From: an uncultured Chloroflexia bacterium
GTDB lineage: Bacteria > Chloroflexota > Limnocylindria > Limnocylindrales > CSP1-4
Reading direction: 5' to 3'
NCBI GenBank assembly: GCA_963805585.1
Contig: CAWDUR010000026.1
Coordinates: 174,089-238,088 of the forward strand
DNA length: 64,000 nt
Both the position numbers and the translations under genes were made by a program. The notes under the pieces are model-generated. The model did not search any database, was not told the DNA's origin, and saw nothing but the letters and a program-made list of their open reading frames with translations. This document shows positions 30,723-43,466 of this stretch, one piece after another. Numbering within the stretch: position 1 is the stretch's first letter; each line of letters begins with the position of its first letter.

Positions 30723-31622
30723 TCAGGGCAGCGGCATGCCGCCGGCGACCGCATAGACGGTGCCCGTGATGTAACTGGCGTCTTCGGAGGCGAGGAGCAC
30801 GTAGACCGGCGCGAGCTCTCGCGGCTGCCCGGGTCGTCCCATGGGGCTCTGCTCGCCGAACTCGGCCGTCTTTCTGGGGTCCGTAGAGGCCGGGATGATG
30901 GGGGTCCAGATGGGGCCGGGCGCGACAGCGTTGACGCGGATGCCGTCCTTGATGAGGAGCTCGCTGAGGCCCTTGGTGAACGTCAGGATGGCGCCCTTGG
31001 TGGTGGCGTAGGCGAGCAGGTTCGCGGAAGGCTTGTAGGCCTGGACCGAGGTCGTGTTGATGATCGAGGCGCCGGGGCGAAGGTACGGCTTGGCCGCCTT
31101 GACCAGGTAGAACATGGCGTGGATGTTCGAGTCGAAGGTGTGGTGCCATTCCTCGGAAGGGATGTCCTCGAGGCGCTCGAAGCGTTGCTGGTGCGCGGCG
31201 TTGTTGACGAGGATGTCGAGGCGACCCAGCTCGTCGATGGTGCGCTTCACGAGCGCCTGGCAGTGCCGTTCGTCCCCGATGTCCCCGGGTGCATCGATGG
31301 CACGGCGACCGGCTTCCTCCACGACCCGGCACGTGACCGCGGCGTCCTCCCGTTCGTTGAGGTAGGACACGACGACGTCCGCACCCTCGCGTGCGAACGC
31401 CAGCGCGACGGCGCGACCGATGCCGCTGTCGGCACCGGTGATGAGCGCGACACGGTCCGTCAGCCGGCCGTGGCCCTTGTACGTGTCCTCGCCGTAGTCG
31501 GGCGACGGCTCCATCTCTTGCTCTGACCCGGGCGTCGCCTGGCGCTGCTCGGGGAAGGGTGGCTGATCGCCCGCCTGTCGTGGGTCGTCGAGACGTGTGT
31601 CCGATGCGGTCGTCTCGTTCAT
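30723..31622 (-). CDS. SDR-family NAD(P)-dependent oxidoreductase (general-stress YhdF/YhxC-like)
   Basis: RVALITGADSGIGRAVALAFAREGADVV; NNAA; YxxxK (YATTKGAI); 299 aa. Confidence 0.8.
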   Translation of the reverse strand: MNETTASDTRLDDPRQAGDQPPFPEQRQATPGSEQEMEPSPDYGEDTYKGHGRLTDRVALITGADSGIGRAVALAFAREGADVVVSYLNEREDAAVTCRVVEEAGRRAIDAPGDIGDERHCQALVKRTIDELGRLDILVNNAAHQQRFERLEDIPSEEWHHTFDSNIHAMFYLVKAAKPYLRPGASIINTTSVQAYKPSANLLAYATTKGAILTFTKGLSELLIKDGIRVNAVAPGPIWTPIIPASTDPRKTAEFGEQSPMGRPGQPRELAPVYVLLASEDASYITGTVYAVAGGMPLP

Positions 31623-31963
31623 GCCGGAACGCTAGAGTGATCCGGCTTGCGGTCCGACTGAGGAGCAAGCCTGCGGCTGCCAGCTGCGTTACAACTCGCC
31701 AGGGCCAAAGCGCGCGCGGGATCCGCCAGGCCCGAGGTAGGTCAGGCGGCCTTGCCAGAATGCCGCCGGTCATCCGCGTCGAGGTCGATGTGGGCCCGTT
31801 CGTCTCCCTGCTGGGCCACGATCCGGGCGCGTCGCCCACGGGACCCAGGTGCGCGATCTCGATCGAGGTCAGCTCGCTGCTGCGGCTCCCAGATCACGCT
31901 GGCGGGAGCTGACTTGGGCGCTAACAGCTGCTGACACGGCGGGTTGAAGGTGGGTGAGGGAAA

Positions 31964-32039
31964 TGGCGCGCCCGGCGGGACTCGAACCCACGACCTTCTG
32001 CTCCGGAGGCAGACGCTCTATCCGCTGAGCTACGGGCGC
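31964..32039 (-). tRNA. tRNA-Arg (anticodon CCG), CCA encoded
   Basis: rc: GCGCCCG-TA-GCTC-AGCGGATA-GAGC-G-TCTGC-CTCCGGA-GCAGA-AGGTC-GTGGG-TTCGAGT-CCCGC-CGGGCGC-G-CCA; cloverleaf folds by eye. Confidence 0.85.
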
Positions 32040-32132
32040 ACGACTCGGCGCCCTCGGCGCCGCTGCTGAAGTCTCGCGGTCGCGCGCCGAGCCGTCAAAT
32101 GGCGAGCCTGCTGCTGTGCCGCCAGGCCTGAC

Positions 32133-33119
32133 TCAGCCGCCAGGTTCGGTCACGACGACCTGGCCACCCTGGAGCGGATGGATCGCGCAGAAGTAGTCGT
32201 AGGTGCCCGGCTCATCGAACGTCTGGCTGAACTCGTCCCCGGTCTTCAAGACGCCCGAGTTGAACGAGCCGTCGCGCGCGGTCACGGTGTGCACGACCGC
32301 GTCGTCGTTCCTCCAGCGCACGGTGGAACCTGCGGGTACCTCCAGGCCGGCGGGGTCGTAGACCATGTCCACGATGGCGACCGGGAACTCCATGATGGGG
32401 ACAGCGGAAGCCGCCGGGACCGGGACCGCCGACGCTTCCGCCGCGTCGACTGGCTCGGCGACGGTCACGCTGCCGCGCATCTCCGGATGGATGGCACAGG
32501 AATAGTCGAACGTGCCGGGCGTCTCGAAGACCTGGGAGAACGCGGCACCCTCGGGTATGACGCCGCTCTCGAAGGTGCCCCCAGTGGCTGACACCGTGTG
32601 CACCTCACCATCGGCATTGGTCCACTCGACGGTTCCGCCGGCCGCGACCACGACACTGGCGGGCGCGAAGGCCCGGTCGGCGATGGCGATGCTGACCGTG
32701 CTCGGTGGTGGAGCGTCGGGCAGATTCCCGGACGACTCGGCTGCTCCACCCGTCGCGACTCCGGCCGGGCCGACCAGGATGGTCCCGACGTAGGCCGTGG
32801 CAGCGTCATCGCGCTCGTCACGGTAGGGATAGGTGCCTTCGGTGACGAACGTGAAGGTGAAGGTCTCGCCAGCCTCGAGGTTCCCGGAATCGAACTCGAC
32901 CGGTCCCTCGCGTGAGCGGATGCGGTGGCGCTCGTCGTCCTGGTTGAGCCACGACACCGCGGTGCCGCTGGCGACGGACAGAACGGCTGGCTCAAGGTCG
33001 TCCGTGATGACGATGACCTCTTCCGTTCCGGCGCTGGCAGACGGGGCGCCCGCGAGCAGAGCCACGCCGAGCAGGATGAGGCTGAACTTGGGGGAGGACA
33101 GCTTCGACATGCGCGGCAT
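32133..33119 (-). CDS. secreted cupredoxin (three tandem plastocyanin/amicyanin-like domains; domains 2 and 3 keep H..C-x2-H ligands)
   Basis: signal MPRMSKLSSPKFSLILLGVALLAGAPSASA; ..YSCAIHPEMRGSV (C-x2-H-x2-M) and ..YDYFCAIHPLQGGQ (Gln in place of Met); domain 1 lacks Cys. Confidence 0.7.
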   Translation of the reverse strand: MPRMSKLSSPKFSLILLGVALLAGAPSASAGTEEVIVITDDLEPAVLSVASGTAVSWLNQDDERHRIRSREGPVEFDSGNLEAGETFTFTFVTEGTYPYRDERDDAATAYVGTILVGPAGVATGGAAESSGNLPDAPPPSTVSIAIADRAFAPASVVVAAGGTVEWTNADGEVHTVSATGGTFESGVIPEGAAFSQVFETPGTFDYSCAIHPEMRGSVTVAEPVDAAEASAVPVPAASAVPIMEFPVAIVDMVYDPAGLEVPAGSTVRWRNDDAVVHTVTARDGSFNSGVLKTGDEFSQTFDEPGTYDYFCAIHPLQGGQVVVTEPGG

Positions 33120-33254
33120 TAGACCACGATCGGTGCCGAAGCCACGCCGTCGGCGAGCCTGCCCCCGCCGTGGCTCTGTTCGGCGACAATGACCCAAGGC
33201 TCCGCACGGGTCGAGTCGGCATCAGGGTGGTCAAGACAGCGATAGGAGCGGCCC

Positions 33255-33908
33255 ATGATCTCAGCCGTCATCTTCGATCTGGATGGCGTCCTCGTTGACA
33301 GCGAGCCAGCCTGGTATCGAGCCCGCGTCGATCTGCTGGAGCGCCACGGGAAGACCTGGACCGCGACTGACCAGCTCGCCATGGCCGGCGTGCACACCGA
33401 CGTCTGGGTCGACGCGCTGTACGACAAGCTCGGGGGGCAGCTGAGCCGCGAAAGGGTCTTCGAGGCGATCATCGGCCGGATGGTCGGCTACTACGAGGGC
33501 GGCGAGGTGCCCATCATGCCGGGGGCGGACGAGGCGCTCGCAGCATGCGCGGACCGGTATCGCATCGGGCTCGCGTCGGGATCACCCATGCGCCTGATCT
33601 CAGCCTGCCTGACGGGGGCCGGCTGGCGTGACCACTTCGAGGCGCTCATCTCGAGCGATGAGCTCGAGCACGGCAAGCCGGCCCCCGACGTCTACCTCGA
33701 GCTGATGAGACGCATGGGTCTTGACCCCACGACGACCGCTGTCGTCGAGGATTCCGGGGCCGGCATCAAGTCCGCACGTGCGGCGGGCGCCAGGGTCGTG
33801 GCCGTTCCCCATCCGAACACCGACCCGGGCCCCCGTGTCCTGGACCTCGCCGCTGCCCGCATCGACTCTCTGCGCGATCTGGTCGCGGCGCTCGTCGCTC
33901 TCAGCTGA
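33255..33908 (+). CDS. HAD-family hydrolase (beta-phosphoglucomutase/phosphatase-like)
   Basis: MISAVIFDLDGVLVDSE (DxDG motif I); ..GLASGS..; ..VEDSGAGIKSARAAGA (motif IV). Confidence 0.8.
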   Translation: MISAVIFDLDGVLVDSEPAWYRARVDLLERHGKTWTATDQLAMAGVHTDVWVDALYDKLGGQLSRERVFEAIIGRMVGYYEGGEVPIMPGADEALAACADRYRIGLASGSPMRLISACLTGAGWRDHFEALISSDELEHGKPAPDVYLELMRRMGLDPTTTAVVEDSGAGIKSARAAGARVVAVPHPNTDPGPRVLDLAAARIDSLRDLVAALVALS

Positions 33909-33959
33909 ACACCGCGCTGTCGAACCGCCCGGTCGCGCGCCGGGCGCTACAGTCACGGG

Positions 33960-35368
<1,409 letters not shown>

Positions 35369-35466
35369 GTCCGCGCGGCCGACAGCGACCGGTCCGGGAC
35401 CTCTCCGGGCGACCTGCCTTCAGCGGCAGATGTCCCCCACGGCAAGGCGGCGTCCGTCCCAGAATT

Positions 35467-35490
35467 CGAGGCGACCCCGCCGAAGCGGGG
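35467..35490 (+). terminator. perfect 10-bp GC stem / 4-nt loop hairpin (GCGACCCCGC-CGAA-GCGGGGTCGC) ~100 nt after fumC stop; weak T tract (ttgaactgt) so assignment as intrinsic terminator is tentative
   Basis: seen directly in sequence; stem is exact reverse complement. Confidence 0.35.
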
Positions 35491-35740
35491 TCGCTTGAAC
35501 TGTCCCGGCTGATCAGGAGCAAGCTCCCGATCGTCTGCCACGTCGCAAGGGCATCTATGACGCCGGCTTCACCGGCTACCCTAACCCAACCTACCCATGA
35601 CCTTGCGCCTAGGTCAGTACGTGCTGTCAAGCAGCACGCGCCAGAGACTACGGCAGCGCAGCCACAAACTCAAGTCCGATCGCACGCCAGCCGGCTGAAG
35701 ATTTCGTAACATAGCCACCGTCCAGGACCACCTGGGTCCT

Positions 35741-36447
35741 TCAGCCGACCGCGCGGATGGCCGCCGCGAGGTCGATGCGCCCGTCGAAGAGCGCCTCGCC
35801 CAGGATGACGCCCGCCACCCCGGCATCTCGCAGGAGCATGAGCTCGTCGAGGCCGCCGACCCCGCCGGCCACCAGGATCGTCCGCATCGAGGTCGTTCCG
35901 CAGGCCGCCCACGAGTGACGCGGCGCTGGCCGCAGAGACGTGCGAGAAGACGAAGCGATGGACCCCCGCCGCGCTGAGCTCCAGCATCAGTTCATCGAAG
36001 CGCGGCGCGGCGCGGTGCCGCCAGGGGTAGTCGCGCAGGCCATCAGGCCGGGCGTCGAGACCCACAGCCAGCCAGTCCCCGCCGATGCGCAGGCAGGAGG
36101 CCAGGAGCGCGTGATCCTCCGCCACGGCCCAGAGGGGCATGACGACGCGCGTCGCACCGGCCGCGAAGGCCAGCTCGATCTGCTCCGGACCGTCGATCCC
36201 GCCGGCGACCTGCAGCGGCTTGGCCATCGCCCGGGCGACCGCGCCGATGGCTTCCAGGTTCGCCGGTCGCCCCTGGCGAGCGCCGTCGAGATCCACGAGA
36301 TGGACGGCCTGGCGCACCCTGCGCCACGAACGCCTCGGCGATGGCAGCCGGTCGGTCGGTCGGACTGCCCACGCCCGTCGAGGCGCCCGGCCACCAGACC
36401 AGCCGCGAGCGGCCCTGCTGCAGGTCGAGGCTGGGGATGACCAGCAT
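35741..36447 (-). pseudogene. hisA: HisA/PriA-type phosphoribosyl isomerase with at least 2 apparent frameshifts
   Basis: MLVIPSLDLQQGRSRLV..; ..VHLVDLDGARQGRPANLEAIGAVARAMAKPLQVAGGIDGPEQIELAFAAGATRVVM..; C-term TILVAGGVGGLDELMLLRDAGVAGVILGEALFDGRIDLAAAIRAVG* in a third frame, TGA (tca) 35741-35743. Confidence 0.65.
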
Positions 36448-38115
36448 CAGGACCTGTGCTGGGCTCCCGGGAGCGTCGGTCCACCCCCCTCGCCGGCCAG
36501 CAGCCGGCGATGGAACGAGACGGGCAGGCTGCCCGAGTAGAGCAGGGCGTCATGGAAACGCTTCAGCGAGAAGTCGGGACCGAGGCGCTCCTGCTCGGCG
36601 GCCCGCAGGCGCAGCAGCAGGACCTTGCCCAGCAGGTACGACAGGTTGTAGCCCGGCGTCTGCGTGTAGCGATGGACTTCCGCCCGGGCCACCGGTCGCT
36701 CGAAGCGGGTGTGCTCGACGAGGAAGTCGATGGCTTCCTCCACGCTGATCTGCCCGCGGTGGAGGCCGATGTCCAGGATGATGCGGCAGGCCCGCCAGAT
36801 GGCGTCCGTGGCCACGATGACGCGCCGCGCGGGAGTGTCCTCGAAGCCTGCCTCCAGCATCATCTGCTCGCAGTACATGCCCCAGCCCTCGTGGAACTCT
36901 GGTGCCTCGATGAGCAGTCGGGCTGGGGTGGGGGAGGCCAGGGCGGCCGAGAACTGCAGGTGATGGCCGGGATAGGCCTCGTGGACGCTGGTGTTCACGA
37001 TAGAGGCCCAGTTGTGCTCGCGCATGGCGCCCGGGTCCCCGTCCACGGACGGGGTGACGATGTAGACGCCCCGGAGGGGCCGGTCGAAGGCGGCCGGTTC
37101 GAAGTAGGCCGCCAGTGGGATGAGGCTGCGCATGTGCTTTGGGGTGGGGATGACCGCGATGACATCGTCGGCCGGCAGGCTGGCCAGGCCGCGCTCGTCG
37201 ATGAATCGTCGTGCCCGCAGCATGGCGTCGCGGTAGGCGCTCAGAGCGGCCTCGAAGTCGGGCGGGCCATCGGCCTTGACGCGGTCCACGGCCTCCGTCT
37301 CGCTGAGCGATGGATCGATGGCGCGGCCGGCCTCGGCGCGTGCACGATGGAGCTCATCCAGCTGCTGCCAGCCGATGGCCAGGATGGCCTCCGTGTCCAG
37401 GCCGTCGAAGGCGCGCAGGGCGACGAGTCGATCGAAGGCCTCGCGACCCAGGGCGAAGTCCCCATCCGCATCCCCGAGGGTCGATTTCGATCCAGGCGGT
37501 GTAATCGAAGATGGCATCGCGCGTGGCCCGTGCCGCGGTCTCCAGCCGCACGAGTCTGGGACTGCCGGCCGGCCAGCGATCCCGGGCGGCCGTGACGATC
37601 TCGTGGACAAGCGTCGGCAGGTCGGCCGCTGCGCCCACCTCCAGCTCGTTCCAGAAGCGCACGGGATGACCGCCCAGGCGGTCGCGGGCCTGGCGCAGGG
37701 CAGCCGGCACGGCCTCCAGCCGCTGGGTCATCGACTCGAGTCGCTCGTCGAGCGGCGCGAAGTCGCGCGCCAGCAGCAGGAAGAGGGCGTCGCCGACCTC
37801 GTGGCTGGCCGAGGCGCGGCGTTCCCAGCCGCGCACGACCTCAGCGTCGTAGTGCCGCAGCCGCGCGCCGTGGAGCGCCACGTCGCGCTCGAAGCGGGCG
37901 CGTTCGGAGAGTCCCGTCGCATCGACAGCCTCGAGGTCGCTGATGAAGCGGCCCTCGGCGGCCATGTCCGCCTCCTTGGCGGCCCGGCTGAGGTCGGCGA
38001 GGCGACCGTCATACGCGTGGATGCCAAGGTAGGTGGCGTGGCTCGGCCAGGTCTCCATGAGCGCGTCGAAGCGCGCCTGGATGAGCGCCTCTAGGGCGGC
38101 GTCGGCGTTGCTCAC
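36447..38115 (-). pseudogene. DUF885-family protein (YPGHH metallopeptidase-like motif) with apparent frameshift near 37500; GTG start 38115 in GTGA overlap with ltaE stop
   Basis: N-part in ORF 37354..38265 (..[42 protein letters not shown]..), C-part in ORF 36447..37610 (..VHEAYPGHHLQFSAALAS..GWGMYCEQMMLEAGF..). Confidence 0.6.
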
Positions 38116-39221
38116 GCGTGCACCGGCGCCAGGCCTGCCGCCTCGAGCGCTTCCCTGGCGGTGACCAGGGCTCGCTCGACGTGCCCGGCCTCGATGCCGT
38201 AATGGGTCAGGGCGCGGACCTGTCCGTGGCTGAACTCGATGGGATCGACACCACGCGCGCGCCACTCGGCCAGGAAGGCCGCGCGGGCCTCCAGGGGTGC
38301 CTGTGCGGGCCGCGGGCGCACCGTGAAGAGCACGTAGTTTGTGACCACGCGTTCTGGGTCCAGGCCCGTGATGCCGGGCAGCTCGGCGAGTCCCTCCGCC
38401 AGCCGCCGCGCGTTGGCGTGGTCCTCGGCCAGGCGCTCGATCATGCCGGCCGGCCCATCGCGCAGGGCCACGAGCCCGGCCGCGGCCAGCACACCGGCCT
38501 GGCGCATGCCGCCACCCACGAGCTTGCGTGCCCGACGCGCGCGCCAGATGAGGTCCTCGCTGCCCACGACGACCGAGCCGACGGGGCAGGCGAGACCCTT
38601 GGAGAGGCAGAAGGTGGCGCTGTCGGCGTCGGCGAGCAACTCGTGGGCCGGGGTGCCCAGGGCCACCACGGCGTTGAAGAGGCGGGCGCCGTCGACGTGC
38701 AGCGGGACGCCGTGCTCGTGCGCCACGGCGGCCACGGTGCTCGTGTAGGCGGCCGCCAAGGGCTGGCCCATGCTCATGGAGTGCGTGTTCTCGAGCATGA
38801 CCAGCGACGTGATGGGCTGGTGTGCATCGCGCGGGTCCCGCATCGCGGCGCGGATGGCGTCAAGGTCCATGGTGCCGTCGGGGCGCGCCGGGACGGGCCA
38901 GGTGCTGGCGCCACTGATGACCGCGTGGCCGGCAGCTTCATCAAGGATGACGTGGGATTCCGCCGCCGCGATAATCTCGCCGCCGCGGGGCACGTGGGCC
39001 ATGTGGGCCACGAGGTTGCCCATGGTGCCGCTGGCCACGAAGAGCCCGGCCGCCTTGCCGGTCAGCTCTGCAGCGCGCTCCTGGAGGGCGTTGACGGTGG
39101 GATCGTCACCGAAGACGTCGTCACCGACCTCTGCCTCCGCCATGGCGCGGCGCATCTCCGGGGTCGGCTTGGTGACGGTGTCGGATCGCAGGTCGATGTG
39201 GTCGGGCATGGGTCCGAGCAT
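38112..39221 (-). CDS. ltaE: low-specificity L-threonine aldolase (PLP-dependent); start at ATG 39221 or 39209
   Basis: [84 protein letters not shown] (PLP lysine); upstream ORF extension is antisense of tRNA-Asp. Confidence 0.8.
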   Translation of the reverse strand: MLGPMPDHIDLRSDTVTKPTPEMRRAMAEAEVGDDVFGDDPTVNALQERAAELTGKAAGLFVASGTMGNLVAHMAHVPRGGEIIAAAESHVILDEAAGHAVISGASTWPVPARPDGTMDLDAIRAAMRDPRDAHQPITSLVMLENTHSMSMGQPLAAAYTSTVAAVAHEHGVPLHVDGARLFNAVVALGTPAHELLADADSATFCLSKGLACPVGSVVVGSEDLIWRARRARKLVGGGMRQAGVLAAAGLVALRDGPAGMIERLAEDHANARRLAEGLAELPGITGLDPERVVTNYVLFTVRPRPAQAPLEARAAFLAEWRARGVDPIEFSHGQVRALTHYGIEAGHVERALVTAREALEAAGLAPVHA

Positions 39222-39277
39222 AAGTGACGTGACTTTCGGGCGTGTTGGGTCGCGGCCTGCTACTCTGCCTCTCCGCG

Positions 39278-39354
39278 GGACCCGTGGTGTAGCGGCCCAA
39301 CATGCCAGCCTGTCACGCTGGAGATCGCCGGTTCGAATCCGGTCGGGTCCGCCA
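39278..39354 (+). tRNA. tRNA-Asp (anticodon GTC), CCA encoded
   Basis: GGACCCG-TG-GTGT-AGCGGCCCAAC-ATGC-C-AGCCT..: anticodon stem CCAGC/GCTGG, loop CTGTCAC; T-arm GCCGG-TTCGAAT-CCGGT; acceptor GGACCCG/CGGGTCC. Confidence 0.8.
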
Positions 39355-39419
39355 GTCTCTCTGACCAGCCCTCGTTCCCTCCTGTCGTCGATGAACGCGA
39401 GGAGAGGCACCCCGACGCG

Positions 39420-41255
39420 ATGAGCGATGCTCCCATCGACACCCGCCGCACCGAGATGGCGTCCCGCCTCTTGGTGGCGCTGCTGGCCGGTCTCTTCCTA
39501 CTCGGTCTGCTGGGCTTCGTGGTCGCCGTCCTGGACGCCGACGAGGATGAGGGGGTGCCCGCGCCGCCGTCACTGCCGGTGGGCAGCCCCGGGATCGGCC
39601 AGGAGTCCCGCATCCTTGTGGCCTTGGCTGGCACGGCGACCAGCGATGCCGGACCGACCTTCGCCCTGGCCGCTGCGGTTCCGACCGCTGATCCAGCGAT
39701 GTCCGGATCGACCCTCGCCCCGGCGACTCCCGTCCCGACCGGATCGGCCGATGCAGGCGATCCGGGGGCGACCAGCGCCCTCGACTCCGACCCGACGGGC
39801 ACGACCGTCCCCGGCGTGACCGCGGTCGAGCAGGTCATGCCCGTCGTCCCGGTCGCGGGGTTCTGGTCGGACAAGTCGGGCCTGGCGCGGCGTGACCTCG
39901 CGAGGGCGCTCGAGGGCGGTGAGCTGGCCGGCTTCCGACGACTGGTGGTCGAGGACGGTATCCGCGATGCCGTGGCCGAGACGCTCGGGGTGGTCATACA
40001 CCCGACCGTCGAGGGGGGAGACGTGGAGGCTGTCGGCCGTGCCATCCGCCGCGGCGGCCTCGGACTCGTCGCGGCCGCCGACTTGGCGCCTTCCATGCGA
40101 CCGCTGGCGCTCGACGGGCGCTCCCTGGTGGGGAACGATCGCGTCCGCTCGACTGACGCGTGGCCGCTGACGGTGTCGCTCCAGCGGTCCGATGACAGCG
40201 GATGGGATCAATCGCATACGTGGGTGCTCGTGGCCGGCGGCGACGCATTCACCGATCGCGGCGTCTACGACACGGTGGTGCGGCGGGGCAAGGGCGTGGA
40301 CTACCCCTTTGACGGCGGGACCGCCCGCGTCACGGGACACGGCTGCTGCGACCCGGTCTTCAACGACAATGTCGTGCCCCGCTACGTGCTGACGGGCGAC
40401 AAGGGCGTCGTACGCCGGCTCTTCAAGGATGCCGAGCTGGCCATCGCCAACCACGAGATGCCCGTCACCGACGCTTGGGGCTTCCACAGCTCCGGGCTAC
40501 GCTTCTCCGGCAAGCCGGAGCTGACCGAGATCTTCTCGCGTGCTGGCATCGATTGGATGTCCCTGGCCAACAACCACATCAAGGACTACGACACCGAGGG
40601 CATCCGCGACTCGCGGCGCATCCTGCGCCGCTACGGCATCGCCACTGGCGGGGCCGGCGCGGACCTCGACCAGGCGCGCCGCATCAGCTACCTCAAGGTG
40701 GGCAAGACGGGCGACTCAGGCGGCTCGGACGCGGCCACGCTGGCCATCATCCCGTGCGTCGGCGTGGTGCCGTTCTCGTGGGCCGGCCCCGATGTCAGCG
40801 GCGGCACGCCCTGCCTGGACCGCTACCTGGTGCCGGACATCAAGGAGGCGGCACGCAAAGCGGACGTCGTGCTGGTCTATCCGCACTGGGGCGTCGAGTA
40901 CACGCGCCAGCCGATGGCCTCGCAGCGCAAGCACGCGGCCCGCTGGGTGAAGGCCGGCGCCGACCTCGTCCTGGGCGGCCACAGCCATGTCGCCGGCGCC
41001 ATCGAGGACATCGACGGCGTCCCGGTTCTCTACTCGCTGGGCAACCTCATCTTCGACCAGCACTGGTCAACGAACACGATGGAGTCGATGCTCGTGCAGG
41101 CCACCTTCCACGGGGGCACGCTCGTCAGCCTGGAGCTGGTGCCCTACATCATCCACGACACTTCCCAGCCCAACCTGCTCGATCCGGCCACCGGGGAAGG
41201 GAAGTCACTGCGGGACCAGGTCCGGGACGCCTCGTCCGACTGGCTCGACTGGTAG
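39420..41255 (+). CDS. CapA-family protein (PGA_cap metallophosphatase-like, poly-gamma-glutamate/capsule-type) with N-terminal TM anchor and ~250-aa extracytoplasmic domain
   Basis: 611 aa intact; [28 protein letters not shown]; ..[39 protein letters not shown].. Confidence 0.75.
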   Translation: MSDAPIDTRRTEMASRLLVALLAGLFLLGLLGFVVAVLDADEDEGVPAPPSLPVGSPGIGQESRILVALAGTATSDAGPTFALAAAVPTADPAMSGSTLAPATPVPTGSADAGDPGATSALDSDPTGTTVPGVTAVEQVMPVVPVAGFWSDKSGLARRDLARALEGGELAGFRRLVVEDGIRDAVAETLGVVIHPTVEGGDVEAVGRAIRRGGLGLVAAADLAPSMRPLALDGRSLVGNDRVRSTDAWPLTVSLQRSDDSGWDQSHTWVLVAGGDAFTDRGVYDTVVRRGKGVDYPFDGGTARVTGHGCCDPVFNDNVVPRYVLTGDKGVVRRLFKDAELAIANHEMPVTDAWGFHSSGLRFSGKPELTEIFSRAGIDWMSLANNHIKDYDTEGIRDSRRILRRYGIATGGAGADLDQARRISYLKVGKTGDSGGSDAATLAIIPCVGVVPFSWAGPDVSGGTPCLDRYLVPDIKEAARKADVVLVYPHWGVEYTRQPMASQRKHAARWVKAGADLVLGGHSHVAGAIEDIDGVPVLYSLGNLIFDQHWSTNTMESMLVQATFHGGTLVSLELVPYIIHDTSQPNLLDPATGEGKSLRDQVRDASSDWLDW

Positions 41256-41277
41256 GGTCCGGGCCCGCGGCGCCGGT

Positions 41278-42148
41278 CTACGCCAAGCCGACCTCTCGGG
41301 CCGTCGGCCACAGCGATAGGTCGAGGCCGGGTGCGAGGCTCGTGAGCTGCTCGAGGTCGGGCGCATAGCCCTCCACCAGGGCCACTCGCAGGCGACCAGA
41401 GGGTTCGAAGCGCCGTCCGGTCGTGGGGTTCACCTCGCCCCGGTAAGAGGCCTCGTCCGGCTCGAAGGGCGCCAGGCCCAGGAAGGCGAACGTCCGCGCC
41501 AGCTCGCGGGCGGGATCGGCACGGCAGGCCTCGTACTGACCGAGGAAGACCTGCTCGGCCGGGAAGGCATCCAGCACGCGGCGCAGCTGGGGTGCGTAGA
41601 GGCCACGCTGGAAGGCGCCCTGGATATCGCGATCCACGAGTGGCGTGCGCGAGGTGGCCAGCTGGTGGCTCAGGCTCGAGGCGAAGCGCTCGACCGGGTC
41701 GCGCAGCAGGATGAGGATGCGGGCGTCAGGCGCCGCGGCGGCAAGTAGCCCGGGTGTCCAGAAGTCGATCAGGTAGCCGGGTGTCCACTCGCCCGTGATG
41801 CCGCCCTCGGGCCGCGGGAAGTACTCGGAGTACCTTGCCGCGTCCGCCTCGCTCGAAGGGCATCTCCCAGGCCTGATCGAAGTAATGGAGCTCCTTGGGC
41901 AGACCGGCTGCCCGGACGACGGACGGGTGCCGGCCGATGAGCGCGTCCCACCACGAGGTGCCCGCCTTCTGGGCGCCCAGGCCGACGTAGTGTGGTGGGC
42001 CGGTGTGCCAGCCGGGCGGGCAGCGGGGTGGCTCCGGTGGTCCGGGCTGGCGTGGTCCGCGCCAGCGATGCCAGGCTCGCGAGCCGCGCACGAGCAGGCG
42101 CCGGCTCTGCGCTCGCAGCGTCATGGCGCGGCCTCGGGGCGGCGCCAA
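41278..42148 (-). pseudogene. sulfotransferase family protein (second paralog), apparent frameshift near 41700
   Basis: N-part PPHYVGLGAQKAGTSWWDALIGRHPSV..KELHYFDQAWE (ORF 41726..42148); C-part ..YEACRADPARELARTFAFLGLAPF.. (ORF 41278..41637). Confidence 0.6.
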
Positions 42149-42167
42149 ACGCGTCGTCCGCGCGGGC

Positions 42168-42900
42168 TCATGGCATCTGCCAGAGCGACAGGTCCAGGTC
42201 CGGCAGGAGCCCCGCCAGTCGCTCGTTCTCCGGGGCGTAGCGACGAACCAGGACGTCGGTCTGCCAGGCGCTCAGCTCGACCTTCGGCCCGCGGCTCTCG
42301 TTGACGCGCCGTCCGAGATCCAGGCCGGGCGGGATGTCCGGGCCCAGGCCCAGGAAGTCGAAGGTGCGCGCCAGTTGCGCGGGGTATCTGCGACGCAGCG
42401 CTCGTACTGGAGCACCAGGACCTGCTCCCGGGGGAAGGCACGCCAGAGGCGCAGCAGCTGGTCCGCGTAGAGGCCACGATTGAAGGCGGCGTTGGCGGCC
42501 GCTCGCGCCGTCGAGCCGACCGTGAAGCGGTTCTCCGCCAGCGTGCGCCCGGAGCGGAAGCGCTCGACGGGGTCGCGCAGCAGCACCAGGAGGCGCGCGT
42601 CCGGGGCTGCCTCGCGAAGGAGTGCCGGCGTCCAGGCGTCCAGCATGTAGCCGGGAGTCCACTCACCGCTGATGGCGCCAGCTGGCCGCGCGAACAGGGC
42701 GTGATATCGCTCGACGTCGCCGGGCCGCAGGCCGTCCGCCCAGAGCCCGTCGAAGAAGTGCACTTCCTTGGGTGTGCCGGCCTGACGGAAGACCGCGGGA
42801 TGCTGGTTGATAAGGCTGTCCCACCAGCTCGTCCCCGAGCGGGCCGTGCCCACCCCCACGTAGTCGGGCGGGCCGGGCTCGTCGGCTGTCCCTATCTGCT
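42168..42900 (-). pseudogene. sulfotransferase family protein (third paralog, tandem), apparent frameshift near 42330; 5' end uncertain
   Basis: ..PPDYVGVGTARSGTSWWDSLINQHPAV..LLVLLRDPVERFRSG (ORF 42272..42859); ..RRYPAQLARTFDFLGLGPD.. (ORF 42168..42662). Confidence 0.6.
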
Positions 42901-43019
42901 GCAGCTCCGGCCATCGGACGATGATAGGAGGCAGACATCTCGGTCGGTTGGAAACAAGAAGACGGCCCGTCCCCTGCTGGGGACGGGCCGTCGATCGGCT
43001 CGTTGCCGATCGGCGCGCT

Positions 43020-43191
43020 AGATGGCTGCGCCGATCTTGCTGAGAGGATGCTCTGGATCTGCGTGCCCAGGAATCGTAGGACGCCGATCACGACGATGGC
43101 GATGAGCGCCAGGATCAGGGCGTACTCAGCGAGGCCCTGACCCTCTTCGTCTCTCGTTCTCGACGTAGTGGCGAAGCAGGAAATCGACCAT
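43020..43191 (-). pseudogene. Flp/Fap-family type IVb prepilin (copy 1), frameshift in leader (~43140); 3' end approximate
   Basis: ATG 43191 MVDFLLRHY.. / other frame ..TRDEEGQG|LAEYALILALIAIVVIGVLRFLGTQIQSIL; downstream continuation uses rare codons. Confidence 0.5.
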
Positions 43192-43466
43192 TCGATGGTC
43201 CTCCCATGGTTGGTGGCGAACCGGCGGAGCCGGGCGCCGAGATGGATGAATGCGCTCGGGGGCCACTGCCACCCGTGCACGGCGGATGCTACAGTCCCGC
43301 CGCGGACTGTCAACTGATACGGACCGCACACGCCGCCCGTCGTCAGTGATGCGGATGATGGATCGGCAGACTCTGACGCCGTCGATGGAACCTCTGGGGC
43401 CCCCAGACTGTGACCATCGGGCCCCGCCAGCGTGTGCGGTCCGGTTCGGTAGCGGACCGAGGGGTC

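Noticed and set aside
30616-31839. 407-aa minus-strand ORF overlapping the SDR gene in another frame
   Set aside because: Arg/Pro/Gly-rich junk. The SDR frame has clear Rossmann and YxxxK motifs.
39222-39410. N-terminal extension of the ltaE ORF ([31 protein letters not shown]..)
   Set aside because: It is the antisense translation of tRNA-Asp (39278..39354). The real start is at 39221 or 39209.
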